Of a DNA stretch of 64,000 bases, positions 37,019-46,951 are shown in pieces; position 1 is the first letter of the stretch, and the number at the start of each line of letters is the position of its first letter. The DNA comes from a virus (taxonomy: Duplodnaviria > Caudoviricetes). The position numbers and the translations under genes are program-made. The notes under the pieces were generated by a model that made no database searches, was not told where the DNA came from, and saw only the letters and a list, made by a program, of their open reading frames with translations. The DNA is taken from the IMG/VR virus record IMGVR_UViG_3300009182_000063, positions 571-64,570 of that record. One strand, given 5' to 3'.

Positions 37019-37645
37019 ATGACCACAGCACTCACTACCAGAGTTTCCACCAACGCAACATTTGCTCCCACAGTAAAGGGATCGCCGATTTCAAGCGCAG
37101 AAATTGATAACAACTTTATCAGTTTGGCCACAAACAAACTAGAAATTGCCAATAACCTTGCTGATTTACAGGATCCACCAACAGCAGCTACTAACCTTAG
37201 TGTTGGAACTTCTTCTCAGGCGCAGTTTGGATCGCTTGGTGTTGGTACTACAGGTTCTGCAACAACTGGTGAGATTAGAGCAACCAATCAAATTACTTCT
37301 TACTACTCTGATGCTCGTTTAAAAACAAACATCAAAACAATCCCCAATGCTTTAGAAAAAGTAATGCAAATTACAGGTGTTACCTACACAGGTAACAAAC
37401 TGGCAGAATCTTTTGGGTTTGATCCAAACCAAAAACAAGTCGGTGTTCTTTCTCACGAAATTGAGGCAGTACTGCCTGAAGCAGTGAAGTCGGCACCCTT
37501 TGATATTATGCTTTTTGAACACACTGAGATGTCAAAATCTGGTCAAAATTTTAAAACTGTTCAATACGAGAAGCTGGTTCCTCTTCTTATAGAGGCAATA
37601 AAAGAACTAAATATAGAAGTAAAGAAATTAAAGGAGATTAAATAA
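37019..37645 (+). CDS. Short fibre protein with C-terminal Peptidase S74-type intramolecular chaperone
   Basis: TVKGSPISSAEIDNNF anchor; YYSDARLKTNI...VGVLSHEIEAVLPEAV...VQYEKLVPLLIEAIKEL. Confidence 0.8.
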   Translation: MTTALTTRVSTNATFAPTVKGSPISSAEIDNNFISLATNKLEIANNLADLQDPPTAATNLSVGTSSQAQFGSLGVGTTGSATTGEIRATNQITSYYSDARLKTNIKTIPNALEKVMQITGVTYTGNKLAESFGFDPNQKQVGVLSHEIEAVLPEAVKSAPFDIMLFEHTEMSKSGQNFKTVQYEKLVPLLIEAIKELNIEVKKLKEIK

Positions 37646-37842
37646 TGGCAACAGATGGCTCCCTACTAGGGCAGAAAGCGGTAACGCTACCCTCTGACAC
37701 CACTGCGAACAGACCAACTGCTGTTCAAGGTATGTTTAGATTTAATACATCACTAAATCAACTAGAGTACTATGATGGTACAGCCTGGACTCAGCTTGAT
37801 GCTGGTGGTACAGCTGTTGCGTTATCAGTTGCGCTGGGTTAA
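37645..37842 (+). CDS. Small virion protein (fibre-joint motif)
   Basis: LPSDTTANRP...GMFRFNTSLNQLEYYDGTAW; ends AVALSVALG. Confidence 0.65.
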   Translation: MATDGSLLGQKAVTLPSDTTANRPTAVQGMFRFNTSLNQLEYYDGTAWTQLDAGGTAVALSVALG

Positions 37843-37853
37843 AGGAAAACTAA

Positions 37854-38180
37854 ATGGCAAATACATTCACTCGATATGTCGCTAAAGGTGTAGGAACTTC
37901 TGCTTCTACTCTGCTAACAGCTGGCGCATCTACTCAAACTACTGTTATTGGTTTAACAGTGGCAAACACTACATCCTCACCGATCAGCGTTAGCGTACTT
38001 GTTACTGCTTCTGCCGTTGACTACTATATTGTTAGTCAGGCAACTGTTCCTGTCGGCGGATCCTTGGCATTATTTGGAGGAGACGGTAAACTTGTGTTAA
38101 ACACCAGTGATGCATTTAAAGTTCTTTCCAGTGTAGCTTCTTCGGCAGATGCCATTGTATCAGTGCTGCAAATTACATAA
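37854..38180 (+). CDS. Conserved small virion protein, 108 aa
   Basis: MANTF, TTVIGLTVAN, VPVGGSL...GKLVL..SD; AAGGAA RBS. Confidence 0.65.
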   Translation: MANTFTRYVAKGVGTSASTLLTAGASTQTTVIGLTVANTTSSPISVSVLVTASAVDYYIVSQATVPVGGSLALFGGDGKLVLNTSDAFKVLSSVASSADAIVSVLQIT

Positions 38181-38190
38181 GGAGTAGACC

Positions 38191-39480
38191 ATGGCTTACC
38201 TTGGTAATACACCAACTTCGCAAAGTTTTACTTCCAATATAGATTACTACAGTGGAACAGGTTCAGCTACAGCGTTTACACTGTCACGTTCAGTGGCCAC
38301 GATCAATGATATTTTGGTTGTTGTTGATAACGTGGTTCAACGACCAACTGATGCTTATACACTGAGCGGAAGTGTTATCACCTTTACTTCTGCTCCACTG
38401 AGCGGAACTAACAATATCTATGTTCGTTATATGGCAACAACTACTCAGGTTGTTGCTCCTGCCGCAAACAGCGTTTCCTATTCTTCTTTGACCTCAGATA
38501 TGCAAAGTAATATCTATGGGTTCAAGAATCGTATTATGAATGGTGGTATGGGTATTTGGCAAAGAGGTACTAGTTTTACTGTCGCTGGTTCTACTTTTGC
38601 ATATACTGCAGATCGCTGGGTTGTATATTCTGCAAATAGTTCAACTACGGTATCAAGAAATTCAAGCATTCCAACTGGTACTGGATTTCCATATAGCGCA
38701 CAAGTACAGCGCACTGCTTCAAACACAGGAACAAGTGCTGTATTTTTCCAACAAATAATTGAATCAAATAATATGCTTGATCTAGCAGGTCAAACAATAA
38801 CATTAACATTCTGGGCAAAAGCAGGTGCCAATTTTTCATCAGGAAGCACTGGTGTATACATTAATACAGGAACTGTTGCTGATCAAGGAACCGCAGCTTC
38901 TCTTGGTAGTTGGACTGGATACACTTCTGCTGCTACATATACTTTTACGCCAACAACAACTTGGACAAAATATACTGTAACTGCTAATTTAAGTTCAATT
39001 GCTTTAGAATTATCAACATTATTTTTCTATAACCCAACAGGTACTGCTGGAGCAGATGATTCTCTTTATATCACTGGTCTTCAGTTAGAAAAAGGCGCAA
39101 CAGCAACTAACTTTGATTACAGACCTTATGGTGCTGAAAAACTTTTGTGTATGAGATATTATGAAAAAACATATCAAGATGATGAAGCACCTAATAGAGT
39201 TAATCCAAATACAGCTAATGCATTAACTGGTGTTGCAACAAGTACTACTAACATTGCTTGTCATTGGAAATTTTCAGTACCTAAGAGAACATCAGCAACA
39301 GTACAATATTATTCTTGGAATGGAACTGGTGCTGGTAAGTGGGCAAATTTAAGTAATACTGATGTTACAGTTTCAACACCGTGGGGTGCTGGTTATACTG
39401 GATTTGCTAGACTCGATAGTACGGGTCTTACTGCTGGTGCTTTTTATTGGGGCTTTGCGGCTGCAGATGCGGAGTTATAA
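38191..39480 (+). CDS. Fibre/receptor-binding protein, AEL family copy 1
   Basis: N-terminal G.GS.TAFTL domain; KNRIMNG..IWQRG core; QLEKG..AT.FDYRPYG.E...C.RYY; ends DAEL. Confidence 0.7.
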   Translation: MAYLGNTPTSQSFTSNIDYYSGTGSATAFTLSRSVATINDILVVVDNVVQRPTDAYTLSGSVITFTSAPLSGTNNIYVRYMATTTQVVAPAANSVSYSSLTSDMQSNIYGFKNRIMNGGMGIWQRGTSFTVAGSTFAYTADRWVVYSANSSTTVSRNSSIPTGTGFPYSAQVQRTASNTGTSAVFFQQIIESNNMLDLAGQTITLTFWAKAGANFSSGSTGVYINTGTVADQGTAASLGSWTGYTSAATYTFTPTTTWTKYTVTANLSSIALELSTLFFYNPTGTAGADDSLYITGLQLEKGATATNFDYRPYGAEKLLCMRYYEKTYQDDEAPNRVNPNTANALTGVATSTTNIACHWKFSVPKRTSATVQYYSWNGTGAGKWANLSNTDVTVSTPWGAGYTGFARLDSTGLTAGAFYWGFAAADAEL

Positions 39481-39482
39481 AA

Positions 39483-39644
39483 ATGTATAAATTATCAACA
39501 CCTTGGAATGGTAAGTCTCTAGTTATTATTAGACTTAGTGACAATGCTTGTATTCCTATTGACAATAATAACAGAGATTATAGGGAATACCTTAAATGGC
39601 TTGCTGAAGGTAATACACCACTCCCAGCAGATACGGAGAAATAA
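39483..39644 (+). CDS. Small partner protein of AEL copy 1
   Basis: MYKL...IP.D..NRDY.EYLKW...GNTPLPAD; SD lies in the upstream gene end. Confidence 0.7.
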   Translation: MYKLSTPWNGKSLVIIRLSDNACIPIDNNNRDYREYLKWLAEGNTPLPADTEK

Positions 39645-40816
39645 TGGCAGTTACACAACTTGGTTCCAATGGACTTGCCGATAGCGCAATAACAACTACA
39701 AAGATTGCGTCAAGTGCAGTGGCAACTGCTTCACATGCTGATGCCAGTATTACTCCAGCCAAGATGGCAAACTCTGGTAGAGAGTTGGGTATGCGCAATA
39801 TGTTTATCAATGGCAACTTTGATATTTGGCAACGTGGAACATCCTACACATATCCAGGTGGTATTTGGCTTTATGGTCATGCTGATCGTTGGGGTGGTCA
39901 CTTTGATGCTAGCATTGCTGGATCTTGGTCAAGAAGTACCAATGTGCCGAATAGTAATTCTACATACTCAATGCGTGTTGCTGGACAAACAAGTGGATCT
40001 TCTGCGTATCTAGATCAAAGAGTTGAGGCTGTTAATGGTAGAGCAGCACTTGCCGCTGGTTCCATAACTGTAAGTGGTTGGATTAAACGAACAGGAAATG
40101 CTGCTTCTTCAGTTTCTTTAAATTTAATTACACCAACTGCTCTTGATAACTACGCATCCTATAATTCGCTCGGTGCTATTTTCACTGCAAATAATACTAT
40201 CAGTGGTAATGGTACTGCATCTGCCAGCACTTTAACACTTACAACAGCAGATACATGGTACTACTTTACTTTGACTGATACCAGCTGGGCATCGAGAACT
40301 GGTGTTGCCAATGGTGCTCAGGTTTTCTTTTCTTTTGGTGGACTATCAACTACTGGCAGCTACTACGAAGTTTCTCAGATGCAACTAGAAGCTGGTCCAA
40401 CAGCAACTCCTTTTGAGTATCGTTCATATGGTGCTGAGTTGGTACTATGTCAGAGGTATTATTCAAAATCTTATAACGACAATGTTGTTCCAGGCACAGC
40501 AACACAAGTTGGAATGGAAGTTGCTGGATTTCAAGGTGCTTCTGGACTTGGTGGTGCTTATGGAAATGTTAAATTTCCTGTTAAAATGAGAACAACTCCA
40601 GGAACAATTAATATTTGGGATGGCGCAGGAACAGCAAATACACATTCATACACATATGGTGGTGCTGGTTCAGCGCAAGGAATTTCTAATGGAGGTAGTT
40701 GGTGGGGTTCTGGTACACCATTTAATACAAGTCATAGTGGTTTTTTTATGCGGCCAACAGGCAGCCAAGCAAGTGCTTGGAATTATGTTCACTATACGGC
40801 TGATGCGGAGTTATAA
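39644..40816 (+). CDS. Fibre/receptor-binding protein, AEL family copy 2
   Basis: ITPAKMANSG.E.GMRN, INGNFDIWQRG, QLEAG.TATPFEYRSYG.EL.LCQRYY, DAEL. Confidence 0.7.
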   Translation: MAVTQLGSNGLADSAITTTKIASSAVATASHADASITPAKMANSGRELGMRNMFINGNFDIWQRGTSYTYPGGIWLYGHADRWGGHFDASIAGSWSRSTNVPNSNSTYSMRVAGQTSGSSAYLDQRVEAVNGRAALAAGSITVSGWIKRTGNAASSVSLNLITPTALDNYASYNSLGAIFTANNTISGNGTASASTLTLTTADTWYYFTLTDTSWASRTGVANGAQVFFSFGGLSTTGSYYEVSQMQLEAGPTATPFEYRSYGAELVLCQRYYSKSYNDNVVPGTATQVGMEVAGFQGASGLGGAYGNVKFPVKMRTTPGTINIWDGAGTANTHSYTYGGAGSAQGISNGGSWWGSGTPFNTSHSGFFMRPTGSQASAWNYVHYTADAEL

Positions 40817-41011
40817 ATGTATAAATTAATAGGATATTATGATTACGATAACCACTTAAATAAAGTTGGTGAACTTAAAGTGGAAAAAAATGCTGTTCTC
40901 AGATTAAGAGACACCGCATATGTGTACTTCAATGAAGATAGTAAAGATTATCAAGCATACCTAACATGGGTCGAAGCAGGCAACGATCCTGAACCAGCGG
41001 ACGAGGAATAA
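40817..41011 (+). CDS. Small partner protein of AEL copy 2
   Basis: MYKL...KDYQAYLTWVEAGNDPEPAD. Confidence 0.7.
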   Translation: MYKLIGYYDYDNHLNKVGELKVEKNAVLRLRDTAYVYFNEDSKDYQAYLTWVEAGNDPEPADEE

Positions 41012-41012
41012 T

Positions 41013-42038
41013 ATGGCAATCTCAACAATAGGTACTAATGCTCTTGCCGATGGTACAGTTGGCACTGCTGATATTCAAGACACAAGTATCACTCCAGCAA
41101 AGATGGCAAATAGTGGTGCAGAGTTTGGAATGCGCAATCGCCTTATCAATGGTGCGATTGGAATTTGGCAGAGAGGCACTTCTTTTACAAGTAGCGGTGT
41201 TTCAACATATACAGCCGATAGATTTTATGGTAATGCATCTTCAGGAACAATAACACGTTCTACTGATGTTCCAGCGGGATTTACATATTCATTTAGCAAT
41301 GCTGCTTCGTCTACCGCATATCCTGGAATTACTCAACGCATTGAGTCTGTCAATATTGCAGACTGCGCTAGTCAGGCAATAACTGTTTCATTTTATGTAA
41401 AACAAACTTCTGGTACTTCTAGTGCGCTTAATATTAATTTGGCTTATCCAACTGCAGTGGACAATTATACATCTAGCACAACTATTGTTGAAACAAATGT
41501 TGTCGCCACCATGCCTGCATCATGGACTCGTTACACATTTACATACACATTACCTTCTAATGTTACAAATGGAATGTCAATTGTTTTATTCATACCGTCT
41601 GCTTCGGTAACAGCAACATTCTTAATTACAGGAATACAACTAGAAAAAGGCAGTACCGCAACACCCTTTGAGTATCGTCCTTACGGTACTGAGTTGGCTT
41701 TGTGTCAGAGGTATTATTGGAAAACAACTGGTGGTTATGGAATTCCTTCAGTAGGAGCTGGAATGGCATATAATTCTTATACAGCAAGAATTCACATACA
41801 AAATCCTGTTCAAATGAGAGCTTCTCCTTCTTATAGTTTTTCAGGAAATTTATACATATTGCAAAGTAATGCGAACGGAATATTATTGAATGCTTTAGCT
41901 ACAACTTATGCTGGATTATTATCATCAATGATTGATGTTAATGTTAGCGGCACTGGTTATTTTAATGCTGGATATGCAACTCTCCTTTGTGTAGATAATT
42001 CAGGTAGTTATTATTTTGCTGGTTCTGCGGAGTTATAA
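41013..42038 (+). CDS. Fibre/receptor-binding protein, AEL family copy 3
   Basis: ITPAKMANSGAEFGMRNRLING, QLEKGSTATPFEYRPYGTELALCQRYY, SAEL. Confidence 0.7.
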   Translation: MAISTIGTNALADGTVGTADIQDTSITPAKMANSGAEFGMRNRLINGAIGIWQRGTSFTSSGVSTYTADRFYGNASSGTITRSTDVPAGFTYSFSNAASSTAYPGITQRIESVNIADCASQAITVSFYVKQTSGTSSALNINLAYPTAVDNYTSSTTIVETNVVATMPASWTRYTFTYTLPSNVTNGMSIVLFIPSASVTATFLITGIQLEKGSTATPFEYRPYGTELALCQRYYWKTTGGYGIPSVGAGMAYNSYTARIHIQNPVQMRASPSYSFSGNLYILQSNANGILLNALATTYAGLLSSMIDVNVSGTGYFNAGYATLLCVDNSGSYYFAGSAEL

Positions 42039-42039
42039 A

Positions 42040-42195
42040 ATGACATATAAATTATATAAAGATTTTTTGGGAAATGAATGTTGTGTTGTATTAGATGGAA
42101 AAATGTCCATTCCATTTGACCCAGCTAACACTGATTACCAAGCATACCTAGCATGGGTTGCAGAAGGTAATGAACCACTTCCTGCCGACGAATAA
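42040..42195 (+). CDS. Small partner protein of AEL copy 3 (51 aa, missing from the ORF track)
   Basis: Manual translation MTYKLYKDFLGNECCVVLDGKMSIPFDPANTDYQAYLAWVAEGNEPLPADE*. Confidence 0.75.
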   Translation: MTYKLYKDFLGNECCVVLDGKMSIPFDPANTDYQAYLAWVAEGNEPLPADE

Positions 42196-42223
42196 ATACT
42201 AAAGAAACCTAAAGAGACTATCA

Positions 42224-43585
42224 ATGGCATATATTGGCTCAAGTCCAACCTCTACAGCATTCGTTACGGATTCCTTTAATGGTAATGCGTCAACCACAGT
42301 ATTCACAATGTCTGTGGCACCTGCCAATCCTTCCTCTGCGCTTGTTGCTATCTCAGGTGTTCTTCAGGATCCAACAACCTATGCTGTTAGCGGAACATCA
42401 CTGACATTCTCTTCAGCACCACCACTTGGTACTGGTAATATTTCTGTTCGTTATCTAGGCATACCTGCTTCTGGTATAACAACAACAGCGTACCGAACTC
42501 TTACTGAGTTCACTGCCACTGCTGGTCAAACAACTTTCTCACCACCATCTTACACTGTTGGATACATTAATGTGTATCGCAATGGGTCACGACTTGGCAC
42601 TGCTGACTTTACAGCAACCAATGGAACTTCTGTTGTGCTGAACAACGCAGCAGGTGTCAGCGATTTAGTTGCCATTGAATCTTTCTATATAACTTCAGTT
42701 ACTAATGCGTTACCACAAACTGGTGGTGTAATTAATGCACCTTCAGGTGCTGTTGCGCTACAAGTTCAAAGCAATAGTGCTGTTGGTATATATCAAGACT
42801 CAAGTGCCAATGTGGGTATTGGTACTGCTTCACCTTTACAGAAACTTCATGTTGCAAGTGCTGCAAGTGCAGGTAATGTTTATCAATTAATTGATAGTAG
42901 TGCAACCACCAATGGATATAATGCTGCCACTCTATATAAGAACTCAGATCGTATGTTTAGGGTCGGTGCTCTTGGTGGTGTTCAAGGATTTACTGGTGGA
43001 TACTTTGTTATCTATGATGAAACTGCTGGCGCATGGCGCATGGTTATTGATAACAGTGGTCGAATGCTTGTTGGATTGAATTCAGCAAATGCTAGTGGTT
43101 CAAACTTTCAAGTTTCCCAAGGTGTTACATTCCCAGCTACTCAATCTGCATCTGCTGATGCGAATACGCTAGATGATTATGAAGAAGGTACATGGACACC
43201 ATTTTGGAGTCCTGCGACAACTAATTTTGGTTCTATAACATATGCAGCAGACACTGGTGGAAGATACACAAAAATAGGAAGAATGGTATATGTTCAGTTT
43301 TTTATTCAAGTATCTGCTTATTCTGGTGGAAGCGGGTTTTTAAGACTGCAAGGATTTCCATTCAATACAGATGGTGTGTCAAATCAAAATCAAGGAGTTA
43401 CTGTTCATTTGGCAGGGTCATGGGGAACTAATACAATTAACAGTTTAGACCTTGGTGGTACATCAGCTAATGCTAAATATCGTACTGCTGCAAATGGTAC
43501 TCTTGATAATGGTAATTTAAATGTAACTGATATGGCAACTAATTGTTTCGTGAGAGCATGTTTTTGCTATCAAACATCAACTTAA
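42224..43585 (+). CDS. Tail fibre protein (pair with 43907-45595)
   Basis: MAYIGSSP anchor, TATAGQTTF, NVGIGTASP, ANTLDDYEEGTWTP, GRYTKIGRMVY tip domain. Confidence 0.75.
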   Translation: MAYIGSSPTSTAFVTDSFNGNASTTVFTMSVAPANPSSALVAISGVLQDPTTYAVSGTSLTFSSAPPLGTGNISVRYLGIPASGITTTAYRTLTEFTATAGQTTFSPPSYTVGYINVYRNGSRLGTADFTATNGTSVVLNNAAGVSDLVAIESFYITSVTNALPQTGGVINAPSGAVALQVQSNSAVGIYQDSSANVGIGTASPLQKLHVASAASAGNVYQLIDSSATTNGYNAATLYKNSDRMFRVGALGGVQGFTGGYFVIYDETAGAWRMVIDNSGRMLVGLNSANASGSNFQVSQGVTFPATQSASADANTLDDYEEGTWTPFWSPATTNFGSITYAADTGGRYTKIGRMVYVQFFIQVSAYSGGSGFLRLQGFPFNTDGVSNQNQGVTVHLAGSWGTNTINSLDLGGTSANAKYRTAANGTLDNGNLNVTDMATNCFVRACFCYQTST

Positions 43586-43630
43586 ATTAACTAATCTGGA
43601 TTGATTAGTCGGACACAAAAGGAAAATGAA

Positions 43631-43882
43631 ATGAGTTTAACAAAAGAACAAGCAATTGATAAAATCGAAATTGTGGAAAATGGTATTCTACAAGTTCGTG
43701 AAATAACACGCATCATGGAAGATGGTAAGCAATTATCTTCTTCCTATCATCGCTGGTCATTCGCTCCAGGTAGCGATGTTTCATCAATGCCAGCAAATGT
43801 TCAAGCGATTGCTGCAGCTGCATGGACTACAGAAGTCATCGCTGCCTATGAAGCACAGGTTGCTGAACAAGCACCTAAATAA
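43631..43882 (+). CDS. Small partner protein of the preceding fibre (start re-assigned to MSLTKEQ)
   Basis: DKIEIVENG..QVRE.T...EDG...S.SYHR....PG.D......VQAIA.A.WT; AAGGAA RBS. Confidence 0.7.
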   Translation: MSLTKEQAIDKIEIVENGILQVREITRIMEDGKQLSSSYHRWSFAPGSDVSSMPANVQAIAAAAWTTEVIAAYEAQVAEQAPK

Positions 43883-43906
43883 TAGAGAATAATAAAGAGA
43901 CCATAA

Positions 43907-45595
43907 ATGTCATATATTGGATCAAGTCCGACTACCGCTGCATTCGTAACTGATTCTTTCAGCGGAAATGCTTCAACCACAGCATTTACAATGTCGGTTG
44001 CTCCAGCAAACACTTCATCGGCACTTGTTGCTATCTCTGGTGTTCTTCAGGATCCAACAACATACGCAGTTAATGGAACAACACTTACCTTTTCATCGGC
44101 ACCTCCGCTGGGCACTGGTAATATTTCCATTCGTTACCTTGGCATACCTGCTTCTGGTGTAACAACCACTGCTTATCGTACAGTGACTGAGTTCACTGCT
44201 ACACAAAACCAAACAACTTTCTCAACTCCATCCTATACTGTTGGTTACATTAATGTATACCGCAATGGTATTCGTTTGGCCAGCGGAGACTACACAGCAT
44301 CAAGCGGAACTTCTGTTATACTAAACAACTCTTGCTCACTAAGCGATCTAGTAACTGTTGAGTCGCTATCAGTTAGTTCTGTGAGCAATGCGATTCCGCA
44401 AACTGGTGGTATCATTAACTCGCCATCTGGTGCGACACCACTACAAGTTCAAAGTAATAATATTCTTGGACTGTATCAAGATGCCAGTGCCAATATTGGT
44501 ATCGGCACTGCTTCACCATCGTCAAAATTGCATGTTGCTGGTGGTGCTGGTTCTACTATTAGAAATACAGCATCTTCTGGATCATCGTGGTTTGTTGGTA
44601 GTAATGTAGATTCATATATTTTACATAATGAATCAAATACACCAATGGTACTTACAACTAATGCCACAGAACGTATGCGTATCACTGCTGCTGGTAATGT
44701 TGGAATTAATTCCGCTGCACCTGGCAGAAGATTTGTAACTAATTCACCTTCTGCAATGAAATTATCCACTGCGCAAGGTGGATTATTTGCTGACGTAGGA
44801 AATGATGGTGGTGTATTAATTGGTAGTGATTTCGCTGTTGGTAGTATTCAAGGTTGTAACGCAGCAGGAACATCTGCCAAGAATTTAATGCTTCAACCAG
44901 AAGGTGGTGGTGTATTAATTGGTACAACTACATTATCTGGTAAATTCACTGTGGTTGGTGGTCGTTCATTCTTTGCCGCTTCCAGTGAAGTTTATGCTGT
45001 TGGTGCTAGATATTCTGAAAGTGGTGGAACAGTATATTTTGGTGCGACAGATGCAACCTCCACACCTGGAGTTCAGATATCTTCTGCTGGCGGTGGTGCT
45101 CTTGTATCAATTCTCGCTACTGGTCAAATTGGCATGGGTGCCGCAAGTCCAGGTACAGGAAACACTCTAAAGGTATTTGGAATCGGTACTGATAATGCAG
45201 TTCAGTTTGGAAATGCTTCTTCTGGTGTTTACTTACCATATGCATCACCAACATCATGGTCTTCATATTCAGACGCAAGATTAAAAGATATTGTTGGTGA
45301 TTACGAAAATCCACTGGATCATATTTTACAACTTAATCCTGTTAAGTATACTTTTAAATCTGATGAAAATAAAAAAGTTCACATAGGTCTTTTGGCGCAA
45401 AATGTTTTAGAAGTTATTCCTGAGATTGTTGACGAGAATACTTTACCAGATGATAGCGTTGATAAAACTAAGTATCTTGCTTTAAGATACACTGATATTA
45501 TTCCAGTATTAATTGGCGCAATCAAAGAACTCAAAGCAGACCTTGACGCAACCAAAGCAGAATTAGCTGCTCTTAAAACTAAGGTAGGTAACTAA
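43907..45595 (+). CDS. Tail fibre protein with C-terminal Peptidase S74-type chaperone
   Basis: First ~200 aa nearly identical to the 42224 protein; TERMRI/NVGI repeats; YSDARLKDI...GLLAQ...LIGAIKEL. Confidence 0.8.
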   Translation: MSYIGSSPTTAAFVTDSFSGNASTTAFTMSVAPANTSSALVAISGVLQDPTTYAVNGTTLTFSSAPPLGTGNISIRYLGIPASGVTTTAYRTVTEFTATQNQTTFSTPSYTVGYINVYRNGIRLASGDYTASSGTSVILNNSCSLSDLVTVESLSVSSVSNAIPQTGGIINSPSGATPLQVQSNNILGLYQDASANIGIGTASPSSKLHVAGGAGSTIRNTASSGSSWFVGSNVDSYILHNESNTPMVLTTNATERMRITAAGNVGINSAAPGRRFVTNSPSAMKLSTAQGGLFADVGNDGGVLIGSDFAVGSIQGCNAAGTSAKNLMLQPEGGGVLIGTTTLSGKFTVVGGRSFFAASSEVYAVGARYSESGGTVYFGATDATSTPGVQISSAGGGALVSILATGQIGMGAASPGTGNTLKVFGIGTDNAVQFGNASSGVYLPYASPTSWSSYSDARLKDIVGDYENPLDHILQLNPVKYTFKSDENKKVHIGLLAQNVLEVIPEIVDENTLPDDSVDKTKYLALRYTDIIPVLIGAIKELKADLDATKAELAALKTKVGN

Positions 45596-46716
45596 TGACA
45601 CAAGCAGTTGTTACAGCGCAAAATGGTGGAGCAGATTACTCTGGCACCTTTCGTAACAAAATAATCAATGGTGACATGCGTATTGATCAGCGCAATGCTG
45701 GTGCAAGTATTTCAGCTGGTTTAAGCACTTTCACTGTTGATAGATGGCCAGTGTATGCTTCGGTAGCAAGCAAAGGAACAGCAGGTCAAAACCTCAACGC
45801 AGTTACACCACCAACTGGTTTTTCAAATTATCTTGGATTTCAAACTGGTGGCAGTGCATATAGTGTAACAAGTAGCGACCTGTTCTTTTTCTATCAAAAC
45901 ATTGAAGGATATAACACTTCTGAATTAAATTATGGAACTGCAAATGCTAAAACAGTTACAGTATCCTTTTGGGTAAATAGTTCATTAACTGGAACATTTG
46001 GTGCGCTATTAACAAACAGTGCATACAATAGAGCATATGGATTTACTTATACTATTTCTGCTGCCAATACTTGGACATATATTTCTGTTCCAGTTCCTGG
46101 AGATACAAGCGGAACATGGGTCGGTGGTACCAATGGTATAGGAATGACATTAAGAATTAATCTTGGTTGTGGTTCTAGTTCTAATGTGACAGCTGGTTCT
46201 TGGCAATCTGCTTCTGCTTCTGGTGTAACAGGAACAGTTAGCGTTTTAGGAACAGCCAATGCTACTTTCTACTTTACTGGTGTTCAGTTAGAAGTCGGAA
46301 CTCAAGCAACACCCTTTGAGCGTCGTCCTTACGGTATGGAGTTGGCACAGTGCCAAAGATATTACTATAGAACACCAGCGCAAGGAGATGGTGCTCAACA
46401 CTACAACATAATGGGTCGTATAACAGGATTAAATCAAAGTGTTTTCACTTCAAATTTACCTGTTAGTATGAGGACATATCCTGCAATATCATTAACTCCA
46501 GCATATAATACTGGATCGGGGTGGCAAACTAATTTAGCAGGAGTCTCCAATGCAGCTTGGACAAGTGCTCCTACTCAGTTGTCTCCAGAGTTAAATAAGT
46601 TTTGTTTTTATGTTGGTACAGCAACATGGTCTGGTACATATGTAGGTACATCTGTTCAACCATATACACCTACTGGTGTCGCTGCCAACTACATAGAATT
46701 AAATGCGGAGTTATAA
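45595..46716 (+). CDS. Fibre/receptor-binding protein, AEL family copy 4
   Basis: FRNKIINGDMRIDQRNAG, GVQLEVG..ATPFERRPYG.EL..CQRYY, NAEL. Confidence 0.7.
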   Translation: MTQAVVTAQNGGADYSGTFRNKIINGDMRIDQRNAGASISAGLSTFTVDRWPVYASVASKGTAGQNLNAVTPPTGFSNYLGFQTGGSAYSVTSSDLFFFYQNIEGYNTSELNYGTANAKTVTVSFWVNSSLTGTFGALLTNSAYNRAYGFTYTISAANTWTYISVPVPGDTSGTWVGGTNGIGMTLRINLGCGSSSNVTAGSWQSASASGVTGTVSVLGTANATFYFTGVQLEVGTQATPFERRPYGMELAQCQRYYYRTPAQGDGAQHYNIMGRITGLNQSVFTSNLPVSMRTYPAISLTPAYNTGSGWQTNLAGVSNAAWTSAPTQLSPELNKFCFYVGTATWSGTYVGTSVQPYTPTGVAANYIELNAEL

Positions 46717-46717
46717 A

Positions 46718-46951
46718 GTGAATACATATAAAATTCAATTAGAACCAGATAGAGCTGATGGTGGTGTTAGACAACCATGTGCTGTTTTGCGTTCCGATGG
46801 TTGGAGTATTCCACTACATCCAGACAATACTGACTTTCAAACTTTTGTAAAAGAATTAACAGTTGACTTTACAATACTTCAGGATGCTGATGGTAAGCAA
46901 GCTGATCAAGGAACTATCAAAGCAATATTAAAGATTAGGAATAATCAATGA
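46718..46951 (+). CDS. Small partner protein of AEL copy 4 (GTG start)
   Basis: VLRSDGWSIPLHPDNTDFQ; GGAG SD in the upstream gene end. Confidence 0.65.
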   Translation: MNTYKIQLEPDRADGGVRQPCAVLRSDGWSIPLHPDNTDFQTFVKELTVDFTILQDADGKQADQGTIKAILKIRNNQ

